A stretch of DNA of 56,257 nt from Chthonomonadales bacterium (lineage in GTDB: Bacteria > Armatimonadota > Chthonomonadetes > Chthonomonadales > CAJBBX01): NCBI GenBank assembly GCA_049967475.1, contig JBMFSQ010000014.1:1-56257 (forward strand), in the 5' to 3' direction. Below, piece after piece: positions 36,722 through 46,591 of this stretch (its first letter is position 1; each line of letters starts with the position of its first letter). Under the pieces are notes generated by a model that saw only the letters and a list, made by a program, of their open reading frames with translations, ran no database searches and was not told the origin of the DNA. Both the position numbers and the translations under genes were made by a program.

Positions 36722-39571
36722 ATGGCTTTTCACAGCAGCGTTGCGCTGCGGCATCACCTTCTATGCTCGTTGAGCTTTCTGGCCATCTTCAGTGTAATGC
36801 CCCGGGCGAACCCGGCAGTTCCAGTTCACAAGAGGACGCTTCCTGCAATGGCAACAATAATCCCTACCGACCTGCGCTGCGAATATCTCACCTCCCCGCA
36901 CGGTATAGACGTAACCCATCCTCGCTTCAGTTGGGTCCTGCAGACGCAAGATCCTTACAGCCGCTCAAACAGCCAAAAGGCCTACCGCATCATCGTGGCC
37001 TCTAGCCGCCGGAATGTTCTGAACCATCGAGGCGATCTTTGGGATACCGGCAAGGTGCCTTCCGCAGACACCGCCCAAATCACCTATGCTGGAGCGCCGC
37101 TCGTGTCCCGGCAACGAGTTTGGTGGGCAGTGCAGGTATGGGATCAACACGATGAGCCTTCCCAATGGAGCAAACCGGCCTTCTTCAGCATGGGCCTCCT
37201 CTCCAGAGATGATTGGGAGGCTCATTGGATCCAGGATCCCGGGCCGGTCCCCGAGGATCATGAGACGGTATTGCCGCCCCCTCTGTTCCGCAAAGAATTC
37301 ACACTCCCATCACGGCCCGCGCACGCCACCGTGTATATCTCTGCCCTGGGCGTGTACAACCTTTACATCAACGGCAAACTCGTGGGCAACCACATCCTTC
37401 CTCCGGAATGGACCGATTACTTTACCCGCGTGCAATATCAAACCTACGATATAACCCGCTTCCTGCAGGCTGGGCCGAATGCCGTTGCAGTGCAGCTCGG
37501 CGATGGATGGTACGCCGGCCGACTGGGCATGTCCGACCACTTGATAGGCAAGCGCCGTGGGGTGTATGGGCGGAAGCCAAAACTCCTGGTTCAGATCGAG
37601 GCAGTGGGCGCCAGAGGCAGCGACACCGTCATTTCCTCCGACACATCCTGGAAGGTCACAACAGAAGGTCCGATCCGGAGCGCGGATCTCCTGGATGGAG
37701 AAGTGTACGACGCCAGGCGGGAGATGCCGGGCTTCGACCTCCCAGGCTTTGATGCATCGAAATGGCAGCAAGCAGTGCAGGCGGACCCTTACAAGGGGGC
37801 TCTCGTGGCCCAAATGAACGAACCTATTGCCCGAATTGCCACAGTAAAACCTGTGCGCATTACCCCGGTTGCGGATGGCAGATACATCTGTGACTTCGGC
37901 CAAAACCTGGTGGGCTTCTGTCGCCTTCGCGTCGTGGGCGAGCCGGGCGCCTCCCTCACCCTTCGCCACGCCGAGATGCTCAATGACGACGGTTCGCTTT
38001 ACACGGCGAACCTCCGCGGCGCTCCTCAAGTAGACCGCTTCATCCTCAAGGCTGGCCCGCAGATCTGCCAACCCCACTTTACCTATCATGGGTTCCGCTA
38101 TGTGGAAATCAGCGGTCTCGCGCAGCCGCCCGAAGAGATCCGCGCCATCGTGTTCAATTCGTCGGCGCCGGAAGTCAGCACCTTCCGTTGCTCCAAGCCT
38201 ATGCTCAATCGCCTGTGGAAGAACATCCTCTGGACGCAACGCGCCAACCTCCAGAGCGTCCCCACCGATTGCCCGCAGCGCGACGAGCGCCTGGGCTGGA
38301 TGGGGGACATCCAGGCCTTCGGCCAGAACGCCATCTTTAATATGGATCTGGCCGCCTTCTTCACAAAATGGTGCCGGGATATCCGTGACAGCCAGGCAGA
38401 CGACGGCCGCTTTCCCGACTTCGCACCCCATCCATACGGCAAGAACGAACGCTTCACAGGTACTCCCGGATGGGGGGATGCAGGCGTGGAAATCCCGTGG
38501 CTGTGTCGCCTCAACTACGGAGACACCCGCATCCTAGCCCAACAGTACGAAGCTGCCACGCGTTGGATCGCCTTCATCCACAAACATAACCCGGACCTGA
38601 TCTGGCGCAACAACCGCGGCAATGATTACAACGACTGGCTGAATGGCGACACCCTTGTGCAGGAAGGGTGGCCGAAGCACGGAGGAGCGGTACCCAACGA
38701 GGTATTCGCTACGGCCTTCTTTGCTCACTCCACAGAACTCGTGGCACGCATGGCAGCCGAACTAGGGCGCGCCGACGATGCGCGGCAATACAGAGAACTG
38801 GCGTCACGCATCAAAACCGCTTTCCAGAAAGCCTTCGTGTCCGCTGACGGCCGCATCACCGGCGACACTCAGGCAGGCTATGCTCTGGCCCTCTACTTCA
38901 ACCTGCTGCCCGACGCGCTTCGCCGCAAGGCTGCCGAGCATATGGTGGAGGCGATCCACCGGTACAACGATCATATCTCTACCGGCTTCCATTCGACACA
39001 CCGCATGATGATGGAGTTGGTGCGCTTTGGGTATACCGATCTCGCTTACAAACTCCTCAATAACACCACATTTCCATCATGGGGCTATACGATCGAGAAT
39101 GGCGCCACCACCATTTGGGAACGCTGGGACGGTTATGTGAAGGGGCGCGGCTTCCAGGATCCGGGCATGAACTCCTTCAATCACTGGGCTTTGGGTTCCG
39201 TAGGTGAATGGATGGTGCGCAACATTCTGGGCATCAATCCCGACGAGGACGCTCCGGGATACAGCCGCTTCACCATCCATCCCCGGCCCGGCGGAGGTAT
39301 CGGCTGGGCGCGCGGATCCTACACGTCTATCCGTGGTAGGATCGCCGTAGCGTGGCACCAAACTCCGCACGACTTTACGCTCGATATCGAAGTGCCCGTC
39401 AACACCATTGCTGCCGTGGCGATCCCGGCTCCAAGCGAGGAACGGGTACACGAGGGGAACACCTTGGCATCCAGAGCGACCGGAGTCCATTTCCTGCGCA
39501 TGGATGGAGGTTTTGCCTGGTTCCGCGTGGGGTCGGGCCGCTACCATTTCACGGTAAGAAGCCGCATATAG
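36722..39571 (+). CDS. Alpha-L-rhamnosidase (GH78)
   Basis: DFGQN, FTYHGFRY, PTDCPQRDERLGW, ATTIWERW and NSFNH. Confidence 0.93.
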   Translation: MAFHSSVALRHHLLCSLSFLAIFSVMPRANPAVPVHKRTLPAMATIIPTDLRCEYLTSPHGIDVTHPRFSWVLQTQDPYSRSNSQKAYRIIVASSRRNVLNHRGDLWDTGKVPSADTAQITYAGAPLVSRQRVWWAVQVWDQHDEPSQWSKPAFFSMGLLSRDDWEAHWIQDPGPVPEDHETVLPPPLFRKEFTLPSRPAHATVYISALGVYNLYINGKLVGNHILPPEWTDYFTRVQYQTYDITRFLQAGPNAVAVQLGDGWYAGRLGMSDHLIGKRRGVYGRKPKLLVQIEAVGARGSDTVISSDTSWKVTTEGPIRSADLLDGEVYDARREMPGFDLPGFDASKWQQAVQADPYKGALVAQMNEPIARIATVKPVRITPVADGRYICDFGQNLVGFCRLRVVGEPGASLTLRHAEMLNDDGSLYTANLRGAPQVDRFILKAGPQICQPHFTYHGFRYVEISGLAQPPEEIRAIVFNSSAPEVSTFRCSKPMLNRLWKNILWTQRANLQSVPTDCPQRDERLGWMGDIQAFGQNAIFNMDLAAFFTKWCRDIRDSQADDGRFPDFAPHPYGKNERFTGTPGWGDAGVEIPWLCRLNYGDTRILAQQYEAATRWIAFIHKHNPDLIWRNNRGNDYNDWLNGDTLVQEGWPKHGGAVPNEVFATAFFAHSTELVARMAAELGRADDARQYRELASRIKTAFQKAFVSADGRITGDTQAGYALALYFNLLPDALRRKAAEHMVEAIHRYNDHISTGFHSTHRMMMELVRFGYTDLAYKLLNNTTFPSWGYTIENGATTIWERWDGYVKGRGFQDPGMNSFNHWALGSVGEWMVRNILGINPDEDAPGYSRFTIHPRPGGGIGWARGSYTSIRGRIAVAWHQTPHDFTLDIEVPVNTIAAVAIPAPSEERVHEGNTLASRATGVHFLRMDGGFAWFRVGSGRYHFTVRSRI

Positions 39572-39713
39572 ACTGCCGAATAATCGGTCCGCGCCGATTT
39601 GCGCAACCTATTCACTACGGCCATCGTCAAAAGAGCGGGTGCGATGCGCATTGCCGGGTTGCGTATTCCTATTGTGCTTTCGGTAGGCTTCTCGGTCCCG
39701 ATGGAGGTCGGCG

Positions 39714-40061
39714 ATGAAACCTCTCCTCGTGTTCACACTTCTTATCGGCGGGCACGTGCTCTATTGGTTGCCGCTCTTCGTGATTGCTCGTAAATGTGCC
39801 AACCCGTTCGCCTGGCTGGCCTTCATTCCTCTCGCCAACCTTTGGCTTATGTGTGACTTGGCCGACCGGGACATTTACTGGATCCTTCTGGTCCTTCTGC
39901 CCGGCGTGGGTGTCATTCTCTTTGAACTCATCATGTGGCCCGCTATTGCCGAAAATACCAACAAACCCGCCTGGCTGGGCCTCCTGATGATTTTCCCGCT
40001 CATCAACCTGGCGGCAGGCTACTATATGGCCATGGTGGACACAGGAGACCTCGTGGCGTAA
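39714..40061 (+). CDS. Small membrane protein (DUF5684-like)
   Basis: Repeated WLAFIP..N hydrophobic hairpins. GGAGG RBS. Confidence 0.7.
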   Translation: MKPLLVFTLLIGGHVLYWLPLFVIARKCANPFAWLAFIPLANLWLMCDLADRDIYWILLVLLPGVGVILFELIMWPAIAENTNKPAWLGLLMIFPLINLAAGYYMAMVDTGDLVA

Positions 40062-40167
40062 CGTCCGCCGGTCCAGCACCGCGCGGCGATGGTCCGCCAA
40101 AGGCGCGGCATTCGGCGTGGCCGATGCGCGTTCCCGGCCGAGCTCACATGCTATCGGCGGAAGGAGT

Positions 40168-40674
40168 ATGGAGACGATGTGGACCCGAACGATCTGGCTG
40201 GCGGTTGTTGCCCTCCTCGCGTGCCCAATCGCCCTGGCTCAGAACGGAGGCAAACCTAAACCCCCGTCGAAGGAACCCGGCACCGTGCCCCTTCTGGACA
40301 TTCACGGCGCGATGAGCAATATCAGGCAGCAGCGGCAGGTGATAGTACGAAACTCGGAAGAATGGAAGCAGCTCTGGCGCCAGCATGCGGGTACAGCCCG
40401 AGCCCCCATTGTGGACTTTTCTCGCTACGACGTGGTCGCCGTTTTCACCGGAGCCAAACCTACGGGGGGATATCAGGTGCGCATTGATACCGTCCGGGTC
40501 GAACCCAAGAAGAAGGAAGCCTTCGTCAACGTGACCCTCTTGAAACCTGCCCGCAGCGCCGTGACGATACAGGTATTTACATTCCCCTTCGCCATGAAGG
40601 CTGTACCCAAGCTCCCGCAGAACGTGCACTTCATCCTGCACGAAGCAGAGGCCAATGAGGGTCCCGCTCACTAA
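40168..40674 (+). CDS. Exported protein with a PrcB C-terminal-like domain
   Basis: Signal peptide, VDF..VVAVFTGAKPTGGY and QVFTFPF. Confidence 0.8.
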   Translation: METMWTRTIWLAVVALLACPIALAQNGGKPKPPSKEPGTVPLLDIHGAMSNIRQQRQVIVRNSEEWKQLWRQHAGTARAPIVDFSRYDVVAVFTGAKPTGGYQVRIDTVRVEPKKKEAFVNVTLLKPARSAVTIQVFTFPFAMKAVPKLPQNVHFILHEAEANEGPAH

Positions 40675-40917
40675 GTGTCTGCGGAATGCTTCTGCCCTGA
40701 CATTCTCTGGAGGACTGCGAAAATGCCACCGGGCGGGACGGTGCCGCCATAGATCGCCCCAGATCGCACGCCTTGCCGACCCTACGGTTCATTCCATGCT
40801 CATGCGTTGTTTGGACGTGAGCGTTGTGCTCGTGATGCAGGCCAGGCTGCACCGCTCCATTGTGGATCGCGTCCGGGGTATCCATGCATGCCCTTTTTCC
40901 AAGCTGCATCGCTGCTG

Positions 40918-42231
40918 TCAGAAGGTCTTTTCTTTCGATGTGCGGTGAAGCCCCCTGCGCACGCCATCAATGATGATGCTTCCGATCTGAGGGCCATAGA
41001 AGGACATAGTAGGTTCGTACTTCCCGGCGCGGTATTGACCCTCCGTAACGAGATACCCCAGCCATCCATTCGTGAGCGCCACGACAGAAGGATGCGCCAC
41101 GCCGTCAGCTCGGGCTATCTGCTTTGCCCGGAGGCCGATGGGTGTGGTAGGTTCGCCTGGAAAGCCCATCAACAACAGGCGTCCCAAACGCAGGAACGAA
41201 AGCTGGCACACTCGCGGCATCATGCGGTGAACCAAAGCAAGAGCTTGATCGCGTGTAGCATGGAACAACGCGGCCCCAAGGAGGAAGAAGGGATGGGGCT
41301 TTGGCTCGGGTAAGGATACGGCCTCCGTCCACGCATCCAGTTTGGGGTGCCCCTCAGGCCGAATGGCCGCCAAGAGCCGGAGGGTCGGGCGCATCAACTT
41401 GCATGCGTACGTCTCGATGCGCTCGTCCGGCGTTCCATCGTCTGCGCCGCTGGGGGACACATCTCCCTCGGTTCCATTCAAAAACAGAACCACAGATCCG
41501 GGAAGTGTTGCTTCCATCATTCGCTCGAAGGCCCCAGCCCAATCGCCGGACACTTGCAGCATATCAGCCCCGAAGAAGGTAGGGTGTGCCGCGTAATTGA
41601 CCACCACGGCTATGGGCTTTCCATCGGCTGCGGTTACCTTGAGTTCGGTGAGCTCGTCGTCGGTTCCGGGTTCTCCTCTCCGATTGCGGTTGAGGCCGAT
41701 CGGTCCCGTTTGCGCGCTGCCGATATCCGCCGGCACCATGTGAGCGGCCGCGTCTCGTATGGCATTTGAGATGTGCTCAGCCATCCAATCCAGAAGCCCG
41801 GGATCGAAATGGGGCATCGCGCCGATCTCTCCTACACAGCCGCTGTGGAGCATGAGGGGTTCGGGGCCTGAGTGTGTGTGAGTAGCCGAGAGGAACAATT
41901 CATCGGACGCGATGCCGAGGCCGGCCACCCGGGCCACCACGGCAGCTTTCACGTTGGCCGGCACATAGCAGAGATCTAGGGACACCAATGCGTACGTTCT
42001 GCCGCCATCCTGCAGCACGAGGGCGCGCGCATAGCACGTGTCGTGAACGCCGGTAGCCGGCGTAGTCATTCGCCGAAGGTCCCCATAGCCTCCCAGCGTA
42101 TACCGTACGCGGGTGGGATCCGGAGTAATGGACACGCGGGCTGCACCGGCCATGAGCTGAGCCCGTGCTCCCTGAGCAAGCGCAGCCGCAAGCACAAACC
42201 CAATCAACTTCCAGAAAAGTGTCTTCTGCAA
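40918..42231 (-). CDS. Neutral/alkaline ceramidase N-terminal-domain hydrolase
   Basis: SATHTHSGP, NYAAHPT, GTEGDVSP, FPGEP and YE. Start approximate (TTG). Confidence 0.8.
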   Translation of the reverse strand: MQKTLFWKLIGFVLAAALAQGARAQLMAGAARVSITPDPTRVRYTLGGYGDLRRMTTPATGVHDTCYARALVLQDGGRTYALVSLDLCYVPANVKAAVVARVAGLGIASDELFLSATHTHSGPEPLMLHSGCVGEIGAMPHFDPGLLDWMAEHISNAIRDAAAHMVPADIGSAQTGPIGLNRNRRGEPGTDDELTELKVTAADGKPIAVVVNYAAHPTFFGADMLQVSGDWAGAFERMMEATLPGSVVLFLNGTEGDVSPSGADDGTPDERIETYACKLMRPTLRLLAAIRPEGHPKLDAWTEAVSLPEPKPHPFFLLGAALFHATRDQALALVHRMMPRVCQLSFLRLGRLLLMGFPGEPTTPIGLRAKQIARADGVAHPSVVALTNGWLGYLVTEGQYRAGKYEPTMSFYGPQIGSIIIDGVRRGLHRTSKEKTF

Positions 42232-42238
42232 GGCTGCG

Positions 42239-43144
42239 CTATGCCTCCCGGATGATCTGCAGCCCATCGAATTCGAATTTGAAGGGAATAACCCGCGCTC
42301 CCGCTGCGGCAACCGCATCGGCGACAGCAGCTTGCTTGCCGGGTTCCGTGAAGAACAGAAGGCATCCGCCCCCGCCGGCCCCGCAGGCCTTACCGTGGGG
42401 CGCGCCCGCGCCATAAGCTGCTTCGAATAAACGCTCGATCTGGTCGTTCGTTACCGAGGGATCCAGGGCCTTCTGATGCTTCCAACTCTGCCCGATCAAC
42501 TCCCCGAACTCCTCCACGTTCCCCTCCAGGATCACGGTCCGCATCCGTATGGCGCAGTTGCGCAGATAGTAAAGAGCGTTCACGGTTTCGGGAACGCCCC
42601 TCCGGAACGCGCCCCATACGTGCTCATGGATATTGCCGGAAAGGCGTGATTTCCCCGTGTAGCACAACACCAGCCGCTTCTCCAGCTCTTCTACCATGGC
42701 GGGCGATATGTTTAGGCGCTCGACCTCTACGGCCTGCCCGAAGGTCATGTAGTTGAAGCCCCCTAGCGCCGCAGCATACTGATCTTGCTTCCCTCCCAAG
42801 ATGCCCAGCATCTCTTCTAGCTGATAGGCCAGTTCTGCCACACGCTCGCGATATTCCTGTGTAGGATGTACCTGGGACTGCACCAAACTAAGCCAGCACA
42901 CGTTCAACGATGCCGAGGTTCCCAACCCGGAGCCTGAAGGCAGGTCCGAGGAGTACGAAACCCGGATGCCTTCCTGGTTTCCTTCTCCGGCGTCTCCGGT
43001 CTCGATGATCTCGAGGCGCCCTTCTACGTACTTGTCTATGGTGGCGTTCACTACGGCGCCCCCGGCCCCTCGGGCGAAGATGGGCACATCGGTCCACGCG
43101 CCGGCAAAGTCCACTCGAACCGGCACCCTGCTCCGTACAATCAT
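42239..43144 (-). CDS. GHMP sugar kinase (HddA-like)
   Basis: RVDFAGAWTD, PSGSGLGTS, GKQDQY and GAGGGG. Confidence 0.88.
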   Translation of the reverse strand: MIVRSRVPVRVDFAGAWTDVPIFARGAGGAVVNATIDKYVEGRLEIIETGDAGEGNQEGIRVSYSSDLPSGSGLGTSASLNVCWLSLVQSQVHPTQEYRERVAELAYQLEEMLGILGGKQDQYAAALGGFNYMTFGQAVEVERLNISPAMVEELEKRLVLCYTGKSRLSGNIHEHVWGAFRRGVPETVNALYYLRNCAIRMRTVILEGNVEEFGELIGQSWKHQKALDPSVTNDQIERLFEAAYGAGAPHGKACGAGGGGCLLFFTEPGKQAAVADAVAAAGARVIPFKFEFDGLQIIREA

Positions 43145-43177
43145 CGTGTGTCCTCCATTCTCGAGATTGACCACGTA

Positions 43178-44194
43178 CTATGGGTCCTCCGGCGCATCCG
43201 TCACGGTGAGCCCGCGTTCCGGATTAGGGAAGAGCACGCGGTCCGCGCCGGCGGCCAGAAGGGTGTCTGCCATTTGGTGAGGATCTTCCGCCAGAGCGAG
43301 GATCGTGCCGCCGCCCCCCGCGCCGGCCAGCTTGGCTCCCCATGCTCCTGCTCTCCGCGCCACTTCGATGAGGCGATCGTTTTCGGGACCCGATCCGCCG
43401 AGATCCGCAACAAGATCCTGGTTCTCGTTCATCAGGGCTCCCAGACTGGGCCAATCTGCATGAAGCAAAGCCTTCTTGCCCGCGCGCGCCAAATCGGCGA
43501 TGCGGGAATACGCCCGCCGTACCTTCTCGTCTCCAGCCAGCCACCTCTCCCTGGGGGAACTATGGACTTGCCCGGAGTGGCGCTGGATGCCCGTGTGCGC
43601 TGCGACCAACGGAGGAACGGTCACGTAGGCGGTCAGCGGCTCGACCGTAGCAAGCGGTTCGCCCGGCCGCTGCTGAAGGAACTCCTTCCCGCGAAAGTCC
43701 ATGTAATTGATCCCGCCGAACACGGCCATATGCTGGTCCTGAAAGCCGCACATGACGCCCAGGATGTTTGCCTCGATGCGCCGCGCCGTCTCGGCGATCA
43801 TCCAAGGGTTCATCTCCCACCCGAACCATAGGTCCAGGGCTCCAACCAGAGCCACCATAAGCGCTGTGGAGCCGGCGAGCCCGGCCCTCATGGGGATCTC
43901 CGTGGAGAGGCTCAGAACGAAGCCTCCTTCCACATGGGGGCCCAAATACTTTAGGGCAGCCCGAGGGAGGTCCAATCTGTCGCCCCTCAGCTCCAGATCA
44001 TCCTCGCTGGCGATGTGCGCCCGTTCGTCACCCGCTTCGAGGACGATGGTCTTCGCAGGCGAGAGGGTACAAAAGGCGCGTTCGCGGGTGGAGATGCTCA
44101 GCACGCTCCCACCGTACATATCCGTGGGATTGCCTACAATCCCGCATCGGCCTGGTGCGTGGGCCACAATCCGGCGCTCACCTATCCCGTGCAT
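43178..44194 (-). CDS. GHMP sugar kinase (glucuronokinase/galactokinase-like)
   Basis: APGRCGIVGNPTD, PMRAGLAGS, GFQDQ and GAGGGG. Confidence 0.85.
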   Translation of the reverse strand: MHGIGERRIVAHAPGRCGIVGNPTDMYGGSVLSISTRERAFCTLSPAKTIVLEAGDERAHIASEDDLELRGDRLDLPRAALKYLGPHVEGGFVLSLSTEIPMRAGLAGSTALMVALVGALDLWFGWEMNPWMIAETARRIEANILGVMCGFQDQHMAVFGGINYMDFRGKEFLQQRPGEPLATVEPLTAYVTVPPLVAAHTGIQRHSGQVHSSPRERWLAGDEKVRRAYSRIADLARAGKKALLHADWPSLGALMNENQDLVADLGGSGPENDRLIEVARRAGAWGAKLAGAGGGGTILALAEDPHQMADTLLAAGADRVLFPNPERGLTVTDAPEDP

Positions 44195-44199
44195 TTGCC

Positions 44200-45312
44200 T
44201 CACCGTTTCAGCGTCACCTTCAGAAGCTGCAGCCAATAACGGCCGCTGTCTACATAGGTCACGTAGATGATCCTCCCACCGCCCTCGGCAAGCTCGGGAT
44301 GTTCCTTCCCGGCATAACAGAAAGACTTCGCAAATGCCTGGTGCGGTGCGCCAATCTCGGCGATTTGGTGGTAGGGTCCCCAAGGATGTGCCGCCAGCGA
44401 GAGCCTCAGCCGCTCCTCTAGCCCTAGCGACTGCACCGCGAGGTACCCACCAAGATATCGGTTATAGCTGACGGTAAGCTCACCGGGAAATTCCTTCAAT
44501 CCTTCCACTTGGGCGGCATCGGAAGGAGAGGGCGACCATCGCGGCTTCTCGGTTCCACCGGCATAGTATTCATAAGCCCGCGGATCCTCGATGCGGTTGG
44601 CAGGTACCCGAGCCAATCTGCCGCTATGCTGCCCGCCCGAGCCTCCATCCCCAAAGACGTACACCATGCCCCTATCAGCAGGATCCTGCACCACGGCATG
44701 TCCAAGGAGTATCCCCGGCGATGACCACCACACCAGGCTTCCGCCAAGCCCGGGCAGACGTACAAACGTAAGGTGCGCCGGGTCTTTGACGTCTGCACGG
44801 GCAAGACCATGACCTTCCACCCGAAAGTCGAAGGGGCCGGGACCGGTGGTGTTTACAATGGAGTAGAACACGTAAACCACCCTGTGAACACCATCGTACC
44901 ACCCGTCCAAGGGCCACAGGCGCGTCCTGGCGGTTTCGCCGGGAATGTTGGGGATGAGTTGGCGGGCGAGGCCTGTTCCGGCGTCTGTAAGGAAGCGGTA
45001 CCGTTTGAGAACGCTCTCTCCTGATCCTGAGGGCACCAGCAGGCCGCAGTTGGACACGCCTCCCACATACCTGCGCGCAGGATCCGGAGAGAGCAGGAAC
45101 ACGTCGCCAAAGAGCCAGAGGGTGGATGGGCCAAGCGCAATGGAGTAGCCGCAATCGGTTCCGCTGACGCCTGCGTTGTTGTCGGTGAATAGGAGGCCGC
45201 CATTTTCAACGCGTTCCACTCCGGGATTGGCGGTCGCCCGGGCAGGCCACCCGAGCAACGCGGCAGCCAGGATCGCAACGATGCACCCTGCGAGCAAATT
45301 CTTCGGGCTCAT
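44200..45312 (-). CDS. Exported DUF4185-like beta-propeller protein
   Basis: Signal peptide, GTD..WLFGD, LARVP..YEYY, ELTVSYN and PWGPY. Confidence 0.7.
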   Translation of the reverse strand: MSPKNLLAGCIVAILAAALLGWPARATANPGVERVENGGLLFTDNNAGVSGTDCGYSIALGPSTLWLFGDVFLLSPDPARRYVGGVSNCGLLVPSGSGESVLKRYRFLTDAGTGLARQLIPNIPGETARTRLWPLDGWYDGVHRVVYVFYSIVNTTGPGPFDFRVEGHGLARADVKDPAHLTFVRLPGLGGSLVWWSSPGILLGHAVVQDPADRGMVYVFGDGGSGGQHSGRLARVPANRIEDPRAYEYYAGGTEKPRWSPSPSDAAQVEGLKEFPGELTVSYNRYLGGYLAVQSLGLEERLRLSLAAHPWGPYHQIAEIGAPHQAFAKSFCYAGKEHPELAEGGGRIIYVTYVDSGRYWLQLLKVTLKR

Positions 45313-45448
45313 GGGCGCACCACACCTCCCAACCTGTGCGCCGGATGAGGCCGAGCTCCGGAACGGCCCGCGGCGGCAGATCCGTACGCCCAACTGGATG
45401 CACCCTTTCCCCAAGTGTGCCAAGAGCCTGTATGCCATAATCTCACCA

Positions 45449-46591
45449 ATGAAGCGGCTAGACCGTTACCTCGTGCGCGAGATGGTGGTTCCGTTCCTCA
45501 TCGGCCAGTGCGCCGTGGTCCTTATGCTCACGGGCACCGTCCTCTACAACAACGCCGACACGTTTCTGAATTACGGCATTCCAGCGCCCGGCGTCGCCAA
45601 GATCGCGCTCTACTTCATGCCTTACCTAGTGCACCTTACCATGCCCGTGGCTATGGCGGTTGCGGCCGCACTTACCGTGAGCCGCCTTTCTCGGGACAGT
45701 GAGATCACCGCCATGCGGGCAGCCGGCGTGAGCCTCACGCGCATCTTCTTGCCCGTTTTCGTATGCGGCTTCATCCTCAGCGCGGGAGACCTTTACTTCG
45801 GCGAACGCGTTGTTCCTTGGTCGAACCAGAAGTACGAACAGACCCTGGCGGAATTGTCACGCAGCATCAAGTTCCTCGTTCCGCAAGAGCGGCAGGTGGT
45901 GCAGTCGCCGGATCACAGGTACACCGCCTATGTAGGGAGGATGGACTTTCTGCCCGGCCGCAACCGCGCGCGCCTGACGAATGTGCTGATCCTTGCCTCG
46001 AGTTCCGTGGGGCCCTTCACCGGCGCCTCCGAGGAGTTTCCCATTGTGATCAATGCCCCCTGGGCGGAGTACGACGACGGCGTGTGGATCTTGCACCGGG
46101 CGAATGTGCGCATCTACCGGAATGGCGGCCGCGACGAAACCTACATCCGCAGCGAACCCGTTATCGTCAATTTCCGCATCGAGGAACGGGCATTCAGCCT
46201 CATTACCCTGAACCTGCCCCTCTATTCGGCCAACTCCGCCGCCGCTACCAGTACCCTCGGCGAGTTGCGTGAACGCATCGCCCAGGAACAAAGGAACCGA
46301 TCCCTAAACCCCCGCGACGTTCTCGAATTCCACTTCAAGCTCTCGGTGCCGTTTTCCTGCCTTGTGTTCGCACTTGCCGCACCCCCGCTGAGCCTGCGCT
46401 TTGCGCGGGCAGGCAGCTTCATGGGAGTTCTCCTCTCCATCATCCTCGTCTTCGTCTACTGGAACACGCTGCTGGCGGCCAAGATCGTCGGAGCGAAGTA
46501 TCCGGATGTTCTCCCTCCTGTGGTGGCTGCGTGGGGCCAGAACCTCCTCTTCTCCGCCATCGGTCTCTACGTTCTATGGAGAAGCGAGTGA
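45449..46591 (+). CDS. LptF/LptG-family LPS export permease
   Basis: RLDRYL, DSEITAMRAAGVS and KLSVPFSC. Confidence 0.92.
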   Translation: MKRLDRYLVREMVVPFLIGQCAVVLMLTGTVLYNNADTFLNYGIPAPGVAKIALYFMPYLVHLTMPVAMAVAAALTVSRLSRDSEITAMRAAGVSLTRIFLPVFVCGFILSAGDLYFGERVVPWSNQKYEQTLAELSRSIKFLVPQERQVVQSPDHRYTAYVGRMDFLPGRNRARLTNVLILASSSVGPFTGASEEFPIVINAPWAEYDDGVWILHRANVRIYRNGGRDETYIRSEPVIVNFRIEERAFSLITLNLPLYSANSAAATSTLGELRERIAQEQRNRSLNPRDVLEFHFKLSVPFSCLVFALAAPPLSLRFARAGSFMGVLLSIILVFVYWNTLLAAKIVGAKYPDVLPPVVAAWGQNLLFSAIGLYVLWRSE

